Notes under the pieces: generated by a model
The model's database searches: none
The model's input: only the letters and a program-made list of their open reading frames with translations
Told to the model about the DNA's origin: nothing
Made by a program: the position numbers and the translations under genes
NCBI GenBank assembly: GCA_965648915.1
Contig: CBFGIV010000002.1
Location: 32,001 to 96,000 of the forward strand
Origin: a candidate division WOR-3 bacterium
GTDB lineage: Bacteria > Hydrothermota > Tepidihabitantia > SM23-42 > CAYGYG01
Direction: 5' to 3'
Length of the DNA: 64,000 bases
Part shown: in pieces, positions 42,881-50,893 of the stretch
Layout of the letters: each line of letters starts with the position of its first letter
Position numbering within the stretch: the first letter of the stretch is position 1

Positions 42881-44164
42881 CTACCTCCCAACAATTCTGG
42901 TCTTGATAGTAATTGGATTACCGGTTAATCCAAAATAATTGTGCAGGGTGTTTTTCAGATATCTGAGATACTCCGGACTCAGACGATGGCTGGCCAGAGC
43001 AACAAAAGTAGGTGGTGCGATCGAGGTCTGTTTAAGATCGTAAAGGCGCGCTTTCCCCGGAGGTTGAAGCAATCCTTTAATTAGACTCTTGAGTGCCGAT
43101 CGATCGACCCATTTCTTCTGTTCATAAAATATTTCTATAGTTTTATCTAAGACGAGATCAATCCGTATTCCTTTTAAAGCGGAAATGGTTATGATCGGGA
43201 TCGATTTGAGAAACGGGGCAGAGGCATAGATCGTGCGACTAATCCGGGCCTGATCAGCCACTTTTGCCAGATCAATTTTATTGACGGCAATGATTAAGCC
43301 TTTATTTTTGGTGATTACCAGGTCTGCGATCTTTTTATCCTGATTGGTTAAGAGTTCAGCGATCTCAATAAGGAGCAGGGCAATATCACAGCGGTCGATG
43401 TGATTTATGGCCCGGATAACTGAATAGATTTCTATAGTCTCTTTTATCTTGGATTTCTTTCTCAAACCGGCCGAATCGGTAATTATAAAATTCTGATTCT
43501 TATATTTGAAATTGGCCATTAATAAGTCTCTGGTTGTGCCCGGTCTTTCATCAACGATTGCGCGTTCCCGGTTTAGTATTCTGTTGAATAATGTGGACTT
43601 ACCGACATTGGGACGGCCTAATATTAAGAGACGAATAGAATTATCCTGATCCCATTCCGGTGGTTTTTCTTCCGGAATAATTTTGATAATCTCATCGAGT
43701 AATTCGTCGACCCCGATCCCGTGCTCGGCTGAGATGGGAATGACTTTTTCTTTACCAAGGGCAAAGAATTCAGCCGCACGATCACGGTCTCGGGTATTAT
43801 CAATTTTATTTACCGCAACAATAAAGGGGACGCCACTCTTATGGAGCATCTTTGAGATTTCTGTATCTTCAGGATGGAGCCCGATCTTCCCATCGACCAG
43901 GAAGATAGTTGCCCGGGCCTCCTGCAGTGCATAAGTAACCTGAGTCTTTATCTTTGCGGAATAGAAGGAGTCATCAGATGAAAGGAGTCCGCCGGTATCG
44001 ACGACTTCGAAGGAACGGCCACGCCAGGAGGCGGTGCCATAAATTCGGTCGCGGGTCACCCCGGGGACTTTATGAACAAGAGCAAGTTTACGACCGACCA
44101 GACGGTTGAAGAGGGTTGATTTACCCACATTCGGTCTGCCGATAATCACAATTATGTTAGACAT
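42881..44164 (-). CDS. der: ribosome biogenesis GTPase Der/EngA
   Basis: Two GRPNVGKS G-domains. Confidence 0.95.
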   Translation of the reverse strand: MSNIIVIIGRPNVGKSTLFNRLVGRKLALVHKVPGVTRDRIYGTASWRGRSFEVVDTGGLLSSDDSFYSAKIKTQVTYALQEARATIFLVDGKIGLHPEDTEISKMLHKSGVPFIVAVNKIDNTRDRDRAAEFFALGKEKVIPISAEHGIGVDELLDEIIKIIPEEKPPEWDQDNSIRLLILGRPNVGKSTLFNRILNRERAIVDERPGTTRDLLMANFKYKNQNFIITDSAGLRKKSKIKETIEIYSVIRAINHIDRCDIALLLIEIAELLTNQDKKIADLVITKNKGLIIAVNKIDLAKVADQARISRTIYASAPFLKSIPIITISALKGIRIDLVLDKTIEIFYEQKKWVDRSALKSLIKGLLQPPGKARLYDLKQTSIAPPTFVALASHRLSPEYLRYLKNTLHNYFGLTGNPITIKTRIVGR

Positions 44165-45369
44165 CTTACCAACTCTTCCAGCGAGGCAGGTGCAACTATT
44201 ACCCGGTTCTGGTCAAAATCTTCAATCTTCCCGTTGTTGATGAACCGACCATCCTCGTTGACACAATTGGGCGGCAGGATGATGCGATCGAATTTATGAT
44301 TAATGGTTTTTCTAATATCCTGAGCAGTAAGCAGTCCGGAAACTGTGACTTTTGGGCCGAAGAATCGATTCTCCACAACCCGGACAGTTCCACTGCCTAA
44401 TTTAGATGCAAGGAGTTTTATCAGGGGGGCAGCAAGTTTCCCGGTGATGAAGAGAAATTTTCCCCGGTGTGGTCTGACCTTCAGTGACTCAAGTTGCTTG
44501 AGAAAAGAGGCGGCCATACCAATGCCATTTTCTAATTGAGGAAAGTCATCATAGGAAAGATAATCAGGCAGTGAGATACTACCTTTCAGGTAGAATTCAT
44601 CCGCCAGATAGACAAATCCCTTTTTTATCTTTTTCCGGTAGAAATTCTGCATTGAATGAATCTGCTTAATTATTCTCACTGCATAGTCGGTAGTAATTTC
44701 AGGCAGCGGTTGTTTGCTGTATCGGGTATCACCGGCGGGAACGATACCGATCGAAGCAACTCCGGGGAATAACTTATAAAGGTCACCAATTGTCATTTTC
44801 AATTCTTTACCATCATTGACACCCGGAATCAAGACGATTTGACAGTGGAGGGTTATATTAGACTCAACTAACTTTTCAAGGATGGGAATAATTTTTGCTG
44901 CTGAAGGGTTTTTGAAGATTCGAGCACGCAGTTCGGGGTTGGTCGAATGAACCGAGATGTATAGAGGGCTCAATCTTAATCTTCTTATCCGGTCTAAGTC
45001 ATTATCGGTAATGTTGGTGAGGGTGATAAAATTGCCATAGAGGAAGGAGAGCCGGTAATCGTCGTCTTTGAAATATAACTCTTTTCTGAGCCCTGGAGGA
45101 AGGCGGTCGATAAAACAGAAGAAACAACGATTTTGACAACGCTGATATTTTGGGTTTTCGAATATTAAAGGTAGCGATCGCCCCTCTGTTTTTAATCTGA
45201 TCTTCAGATCTATCTCTTTGTCATCTCGAACTAAATCAAATTTTATCGTGCGCATACCCGAAGTGTAAAAATAGATATCGAGGAAGTCATTGACTTTATT
45301 ACCATTTATGGTTTTGATGAAATCGCCTTTCTTGATGCCCGGAAGAGATGAGGAGGAGACCCTGACCAT
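44152..45369 (-). CDS. PDZ + radical-SAM-like DUF512 protein
   Basis: CQNRCFFCFID.LP.G.R..LYFKDDDYRLSFLYGN, QLENGIG. Confidence 0.88.
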   Translation of the reverse strand: MVRVSSSSLPGIKKGDFIKTINGNKVNDFLDIYFYTSGMRTIKFDLVRDDKEIDLKIRLKTEGRSLPLIFENPKYQRCQNRCFFCFIDRLPPGLRKELYFKDDDYRLSFLYGNFITLTNITDNDLDRIRRLRLSPLYISVHSTNPELRARIFKNPSAAKIIPILEKLVESNITLHCQIVLIPGVNDGKELKMTIGDLYKLFPGVASIGIVPAGDTRYSKQPLPEITTDYAVRIIKQIHSMQNFYRKKIKKGFVYLADEFYLKGSISLPDYLSYDDFPQLENGIGMAASFLKQLESLKVRPHRGKFLFITGKLAAPLIKLLASKLGSGTVRVVENRFFGPKVTVSGLLTAQDIRKTINHKFDRIILPPNCVNEDGRFINNGKIEDFDQNRVIVAPASLEELVRCLT

Positions 45370-45390
45370 ATTTTATGAAAAAATTAATTG

Positions 45391-45419
45391 TTGACAAGTG
45401 CCTGGATTATAAATAGACT
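45391..45419 (+). promoter_or_regulatory. tRNA promoter
   Basis: TTGACA-N17-TAGACT just upstream of the tRNA. Confidence 0.6.
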
Positions 45420-45427
45420 GATCCCGA

Positions 45428-45509
45428 GCCGGGGTGGTGGAATTGGCAGACACATACGTTTGAGGGGCGTAGGGCGCAAGCCGTGCGGGTTCAAATCCCG
45501 CCCCCGGCA
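45428..45509 (+). tRNA. tRNA-Leu(GAG)
   Basis: GCCGGGGTGGTGGAATTGGCAGACAC, TACGT-TTGAGGG-GCGTA anticodon arm, long variable arm, GGTTCAAATCC, CCCCGGCA. Confidence 0.95.
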
Positions 45510-45614
45510 GTATAACAGATAGATAAAAGATTGTGAGTAAGAAGTAAAACATAGATTACGCTATAATTAATGCGCTCAAGAGAATTTAGGCGCTATCATC
45601 GATAAAGAACAAAA

Positions 45615-45642
45615 ATTATACATATAACTCGATTGAAGTCAA
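45615..45642 (-). promoter_or_regulatory. minus-strand promoter upstream of the DUF512-der operon
   Basis: TTGACT-N16-TATAAT. Confidence 0.65.
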
Positions 45643-45790
45643 GGTTTAATAAAGCTGATTTTTTCTAATTTTTCAAAATATGATTATTTAGAAGGAGATT
45701 TTAAACCGGTTTCTATATTTTTTTTTACTGATTTTTTTACTGATTGTTCAGGTGTGGCCTTATACTAACGAATGCTTTTTAAACATTCTA

Positions 45791-45818
45791 TTGACATAAC
45801 ACCATTTATCAATATAAT
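45791..45818 (+). promoter_or_regulatory. promoter
   Basis: TTGACA-N16-TATAAT. Confidence 0.75.
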
Positions 45819-45841
45819 GGGTGGTCAAATCAGGAGGTATT

Positions 45842-47029
45842 GTGACTAATCTTCACTTTAATTATAAAGATGTATTTCGAGCCGGGCGTTTAGGCTTTAG
45901 TGCAAAGAAGATGTGGATTCAATTTTTAGGGTTTCTTATCGCCTATGCAGGTTATATAATTTTTTCTTATCTCGCCCACATCGTTGCTGGTCAGAGTATT
46001 AGCAATGTCTGGAGCGTTTATCGACTCGTTCCATTATATCCAGCCGGGTTGACCTGGTATTCGTGGGTGATCTGGGCAGTGGGTCTGGTATGGTGGATTG
46101 CAGCAGTTTTAATTTTTGGGGTAGCTGTCTCCAAGGTGACATTCGAACAGTTACGGGGTGATGAGTTTTTTGAGATAAAAGAAGCAATTAAATTTGCCTT
46201 TACCACCGGAAAGTCGGCTATCATTGCTCCTTTTGTTCTGCTTCTCTTTATCATTATTTTGACCATTATGGGGCTCTGCCTTTCGCTAATTGGTTCGATT
46301 CCCTATTTTGGGGAACTCTTCGTGCTGGTGATGGCCATACCGGCATTTGCCGTCTCCCTCTTTATCATGTATCTTTTCCTGGTATTCTTCGTCGCAATCA
46401 TTATCAGCCCCGCTATCGTTGGGACAACCAAGGGAGATACCTTTGATACGCTCTTTGAGGCATTTTCCGTGTTGAATGACCAACCATGGCGTCTAATCGG
46501 TTACGAAGCGTTACTCGGTGTGGTCAAGGTAATCGGAGTAGCGATACTCGGTTTCTTTTCCGCCAAAGCGATTTTCTTTGCCCACACGGTACTGAAGATA
46601 TTTATGGGTTTGAAACTGGATGATATTTTCTTTAACGCTGCCTACTATGTCAAGGTCAACCTCCCGGCTATCTGCCCGGAGCGATGCGTAAGCTGGATAA
46701 CTCTCTATCTTGAACGGATCGGGATGATTAATCTCCTTTATCCGCCCGAATATACTACGTTCAATATGCACTGGGCAAAGGTGATCTCGGCCTTTGGTTT
46801 GGGTATGATTTATTATTTGATTATCCTCTTTGTTTTGTCGCTCGGTGCGGCAATATTCTGGTCGGGCAATACGGTTATCTTTACGGTCCTGGTGAAGAAA
46901 AAAGACGACAAGAATTTACTGGAAGTTAAAGAAGAGGAACCATTGACGACTGAAGAAAAACCGAAGGAAGCGACATCGGAAGAAGAGAAAGAGAAGAAAA
47001 GAGGCAGAACGAAGAAGGCAAAAGAATAA
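45842..47029 (+). CDS. hypothetical polytopic membrane protein
   Basis: SD AGGAGG before GTG 45842; multiple TM segments; charged tail. Confidence 0.75.
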   Translation: MTNLHFNYKDVFRAGRLGFSAKKMWIQFLGFLIAYAGYIIFSYLAHIVAGQSISNVWSVYRLVPLYPAGLTWYSWVIWAVGLVWWIAAVLIFGVAVSKVTFEQLRGDEFFEIKEAIKFAFTTGKSAIIAPFVLLLFIIILTIMGLCLSLIGSIPYFGELFVLVMAIPAFAVSLFIMYLFLVFFVAIIISPAIVGTTKGDTFDTLFEAFSVLNDQPWRLIGYEALLGVVKVIGVAILGFFSAKAIFFAHTVLKIFMGLKLDDIFFNAAYYVKVNLPAICPERCVSWITLYLERIGMINLLYPPEYTTFNMHWAKVISAFGLGMIYYLIILFVLSLGAAIFWSGNTVIFTVLVKKKDDKNLLEVKEEEPLTTEEKPKEATSEEEKEKKRGRTKKAKE

Positions 47030-47081
47030 GAAATATTTTTAAATTTTGAAAATTTATAAATTCTGGGGGGAATGAGAAGAT

Positions 47082-47957
47082 ATGCGGGCCGGTTATATAT
47101 CGATAATCGGATTTCCCAATGTAGGTAAATCGACTCTGCTCAATCGATTTTTGAGTTTAAAGTTGTCCATCGTCTCAAGAAAACCGCAGACGACACGCAG
47201 TAGGATCCTGGGTATTTTAACGGAAGGGGATTGTCAGGCGGTTTTTATCGATACCCCCGGGCTGATCGATCCGAAGTATGAGTTACACACAGTAATGCTT
47301 AATGAGATAAAAAGTGCTGTGAGCACAGCCGACCTTATATTATGGCTGACAGATATAGATGTTGATCTCAATCAGGAGAGAAGATATAGAGACAGGCTAA
47401 ATTTACATAATCCGGTTTTAGCCATTAATAAGATCGATCGGGTTAAAGAGAAAGAAAATTTACTACCCCGGATTGAATTCTACCGTCAATCAGGGTTTGA
47501 TGATATTTTTCTGATCTCGGCCCTTACCGGCGAGGGGGTAGAGGACTTGAAAAAAACAATTTTGAAGAATTTGCCCGAAGGTCCTTTCTTCTTCCCCGAA
47601 GATCAGTTGACCGAACAGCCAGAAAGATTTTTTGTCAGTGAGTTAATCCGGGAGCAGGTTTTTGAAAATTACGGCGAAGAGATTCCCTACGCCACTTTTG
47701 TTGTGGTCGAAGAGTTTAAAGAACGGGAAAAGGGTAAAATATATATCCGGGCAGTTGTCTATGTTGAAAAGGATTCCCAGAAAGGCATTATCATCGGCCG
47801 GAAAGGTGAGGGGCTTAAAAAGATCGGTATTAAAGCCCGGCAAGCGATTGAAGAGTTTTTGAGTCGCGAAGTCTTTCTTGACCTCTGGGTTAAGGTTAAG
47901 AAAAACTGGCGCTCCCGACGGGAGATCATAAGTAGTTTGATGCGGGGTGAAATGTGA
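47082..47957 (+). CDS. era: GTPase Era
   Basis: GFPNVGKSTL, PQTTR, DTPG, EEIPY, KH domain IIIGRKG. Confidence 0.96.
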   Translation: MRAGYISIIGFPNVGKSTLLNRFLSLKLSIVSRKPQTTRSRILGILTEGDCQAVFIDTPGLIDPKYELHTVMLNEIKSAVSTADLILWLTDIDVDLNQERRYRDRLNLHNPVLAINKIDRVKEKENLLPRIEFYRQSGFDDIFLISALTGEGVEDLKKTILKNLPEGPFFFPEDQLTEQPERFFVSELIREQVFENYGEEIPYATFVVVEEFKEREKGKIYIRAVVYVEKDSQKGIIIGRKGEGLKKIGIKARQAIEEFLSREVFLDLWVKVKKNWRSRREIISSLMRGEM

Positions 47958-48002
47958 TTGATATTTTGTTCGACGAATGAGATGGTCGGTTGATTTCTCG
48001 AC

Positions 48003-48030
48003 TTGACTTTGGTCAGGTTTATACTATAAT
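48003..48030 (+). promoter_or_regulatory. promoter
   Basis: TTGACT-N16-TATAAT. Confidence 0.75.
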
Positions 48031-48078
48031 AAATCTGCTTTTGGTATAGTTTTTTAATCTTAACAGTTTGAAAGTTCA

Positions 48079-48399
48079 ATGGTATATTCCTGGCAAGACA
48101 GAACTTCAAAAAAGAGAAAGCGGAATCGGCTACTACTTCTGATCATTGTGATTGTTGTTGTCACCCTGCCCCTTTTTGTTGGAAGTGCCGGGTTAATAAG
48201 GATTACAAAATTGAAGAGAGAGAAACGTATCCTTCAGAAGCAGATATTGATTCTTAAGGCAGAAAAGGAAGTTATTGATCAAAGGATTGAGCGGTATCTA
48301 CATGATAATGAATTGATTGAACGGAAGGCCAGAGATGAATTGAAGATGATTAAAGATGGTGAGAAGGTCTATCAATTACAGCCCGTAAAAAAATTATGA
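48079..48399 (+). CDS. septum formation initiator (FtsB/DivIC family)
   Basis: TM, coiled coil, IERKARDELKMIKDGE. Confidence 0.85.
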   Translation: MVYSWQDRTSKKRKRNRLLLLIIVIVVVTLPLFVGSAGLIRITKLKREKRILQKQILILKAEKEVIDQRIERYLHDNELIERKARDELKMIKDGEKVYQLQPVKKL

Positions 48400-49181
48400 A
48401 ACACTGGGAAGTTGAGATAACCCCATTTCGCATTGAAACCTGTGAAGAGACTGAAGCACTGGAATTAAAAGTAAATGATACAGTAATTATTCAAAGCGAT
48501 GAAGGCGATGATGCTGGTAAACTCAAGCAGGTCTCCCAGTATGAAGATGTTTATGGCCGTATTGTTCGGAAGGCGGATGAAGTTGACCTGGCAAAGATTG
48601 AAGCACACCGACAGAAATGTCGTGATCTGCTGGGCATCTTCCGAAAGCAGATCGAGATATTTGATTTGCCGATGAAACCAGTCTATGCCCACTATCAATT
48701 TGATGGAGAGCGGGTTCTTTTTTACTTTACCGCCGAACATCGGGTTGATTTTCGGAAACTCCACAAGGCGATCTCCCAGCAACTCAATACCCGGGTTGTG
48801 ATTAAACAGGTCGGGGTCAGGGACTTTTCCAAAATTTATGGCGGGATTGGTCCTTGTGGACGGGAATTGTGCTGTGCAAAATTTTTGACCGAGTTAAAGC
48901 CGATCACAATGCGGATGGCCCGGGAGCAAAATCTTTATGTTTCATCGGCCAAACTGACCGGGGCTTGTGGAAAGTTAATCTGCTGTCTTGATTATGAAGA
49001 CGAAGTATATCGAGAGGCAATCGAAAAGTTTCCGAGAATCGGGGAGAAGATTATTTATCAAAACTATCAGGCCGAGGTTATTGGTAATGACATCTTTAAT
49101 GAAAAAGTGAATCTCAAATTATCCGACGGCACTGAACTGATGGTCGCTTTGAAGGAAGTAAAACAATTATTGAAGAGATAG
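48396..49181 (+). CDS. PSP1/RicT (YaaT) family protein
   Basis: FYFTAE.RVDFR.L, GG.GPCGRELCC, G.CGKL.CCL.YE. Confidence 0.9.
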   Translation: MKHWEVEITPFRIETCEETEALELKVNDTVIIQSDEGDDAGKLKQVSQYEDVYGRIVRKADEVDLAKIEAHRQKCRDLLGIFRKQIEIFDLPMKPVYAHYQFDGERVLFYFTAEHRVDFRKLHKAISQQLNTRVVIKQVGVRDFSKIYGGIGPCGRELCCAKFLTELKPITMRMAREQNLYVSSAKLTGACGKLICCLDYEDEVYREAIEKFPRIGEKIIYQNYQAEVIGNDIFNEKVNLKLSDGTELMVALKEVKQLLKR

Positions 49182-49198
49182 TAAAATTAGTCGATCGT

Positions 49199-49939
49199 TT
49201 GAGAAGGGAATGCCCCTGGGACCGGGCCCAGACCCTTCGCTCAATTCGACAAAATCTGATTGAGGAAGTTTATGAGTTGATCGAAGGTATCGACGAAGGG
49301 GATAAGGATAAGATTGAAGAAGAGCTCGGCGACTTATTATTCCTCAGTCTCTTCGCTATCAGGATCGCTCGTGATGAGAGGGTCATAAAAGAGAAAGATT
49401 TCTATAAAAAGATGCTGACCAAGTATCAAAGGCGTCATCCCCATGTTTTTGGTAAAAAGAGGGTTGTTGATAAAGAAGATGTTTTGCGGCTATGGCAGGA
49501 AAGGAAGAAAGGTATCTTTGATGGTATCCCGGAGACTCTGCCTTCATTGATTCAGGCCCGACTGATACAGGAACGGGCGAGTCGATATAAATTCGACTGG
49601 TCCGATGTAAATGGACCTCTAAAGAAAATTTTCGAAGAGATTGCTGAATTACAGAGAGCAATAAAAAGTGGTCAGGGGAGGGAGATCACAATAGAACTCG
49701 GAGATCTCCTGTTCAGTATCGTCAATCTCAGTCGATTTCTCAAAATCGATGCAGAACTGGCACTGCGCGCGACCAACCGTAAGTTTATTGGGCGTTTTCA
49801 AAAAATAATTCATAAGTTGGAAGAGAGGGGAAGAGACCCCAAAAAATCAAATCTTGTTGAGATGGATCGGATCTGGGAAGAAGTTAAGAAGCAAAAGCCG
49901 ATAAGGAAACGATCGGATAAGCCGAGGAGTTCTGATTAA
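49199..49939 (+). CDS. mazG: nucleoside triphosphate pyrophosphohydrolase MazG (true start probably slightly upstream)
   Basis: ECPWDRAQT, EEVYEL, EELGDLL, RRHPHVF. Confidence 0.93.
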   Translation: MRRECPWDRAQTLRSIRQNLIEEVYELIEGIDEGDKDKIEEELGDLLFLSLFAIRIARDERVIKEKDFYKKMLTKYQRRHPHVFGKKRVVDKEDVLRLWQERKKGIFDGIPETLPSLIQARLIQERASRYKFDWSDVNGPLKKIFEEIAELQRAIKSGQGREITIELGDLLFSIVNLSRFLKIDAELALRATNRKFIGRFQKIIHKLEERGRDPKKSNLVEMDRIWEEVKKQKPIRKRSDKPRSSD

Positions 49940-49994
49940 AGATCCAGAGATTATCGGTGAAGTTGAGAGACAGATTGGAGATCTGATAAGGGGG

Positions 49995-50606
49995 TTGAAA
50001 CTCCTCAAGATTGACTTTGACGATAGCCATATTGAGAAGTTTAAAAAGTATCTTGAAATCCTTTATGAATTCAGGGGTAAATTAAATCTTATCGCCGATG
50101 GCGATTATCCTTATATTGCTGTGCGACATTTTCTTGAATCACTGCTGGCCCTGCCTTATCTCCCTCCAGGAATCTTTTCCGGTTGTGATCTTGGCGCGGG
50201 TGCTGGCTTTCCAGGTCTGCCTCTTAAGATAATGCGGTCCGAGATGGATCTCACCCTGATTGAATCTAAGAAGAAAAAGGCACTGTTTCTTAACAGATTG
50301 ATTGTTCATTGCCAAATTATTGGGGTTTCCGTCCTCGCAACCCGGGCTGAGTCGATTAAAAATAGAAAGTTTGATGTTATCTTCTGCCGGGCAGTAGGTA
50401 GAATTAGAGATGTGATAGATTGTGCATCTTCTCTCTCTACTCAGAATGGAATAATCGTTTTTTATAAAAGTCATAATGTCGAGGAAGAGATTGGGGAAGC
50501 AAAGAGATTATTTATCAAGTTTGGATTGAAGATCTCGAAGATTGATAAACTCTATTCACCCATTGAACACCGCCCTATTGCCTTGGTTATAATTGAGCAT
50601 TCTTAA
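49995..50606 (+). CDS. rsmG: 16S rRNA m7G527 methyltransferase (start uncertain)
   Basis: RHFLES, DLGAGAGFPGLPL, IES..KK..FL, RAE, RAV. Confidence 0.92.
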   Translation: MKLLKIDFDDSHIEKFKKYLEILYEFRGKLNLIADGDYPYIAVRHFLESLLALPYLPPGIFSGCDLGAGAGFPGLPLKIMRSEMDLTLIESKKKKALFLNRLIVHCQIIGVSVLATRAESIKNRKFDVIFCRAVGRIRDVIDCASSLSTQNGIIVFYKSHNVEEEIGEAKRLFIKFGLKISKIDKLYSPIEHRPIALVIIEHS

Positions 50607-50747
50607 TGTTGCCCAGAATTATTCATCGATGACGATATTTCGTTCTGAGCGAAGCGGAGAATCTCATCCTTTCTTATCTCACCATAATTACCTTTTCTCC
50701 CCTTCCAGAATCCTTATCCCGAACCCTAACCCTATCAACCATTTTTA

Positions 50748-50797
50748 ACCAAATAGACTAAACAGACCAAATAGACCAGACAGACCAAACAGACCAG
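50748..50797. repeat. degenerate 9-bp tandem repeat (ACCAAAYAG-like, about 5.5 copies)
   Basis: accaaatag actaaacag accaaatag accagacag accaaacag accag. Confidence 0.85.
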
Positions 50798-50893
50798 ATC
50801 TTGGGCAGGTCTTGAATTTTGAAATTGGGTAAGGATAGCATGGCTGTCCAAATATACAGAGATAGCCAATTAAATGGAGATAGAATTTCAAGG

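Noticed and set aside
45370..45397. Minus-strand TTGTCA-N16-TAAAAT promoter for the DUF512 gene
   Set aside because: The -10 box abuts the ATG, so transcription would start inside the ORF; probably a by-product of the overlapping tRNA promoter.
50748..50797. CRISPR array
   Set aside because: The units are 9 bp with no spacers, and there are no cas genes.
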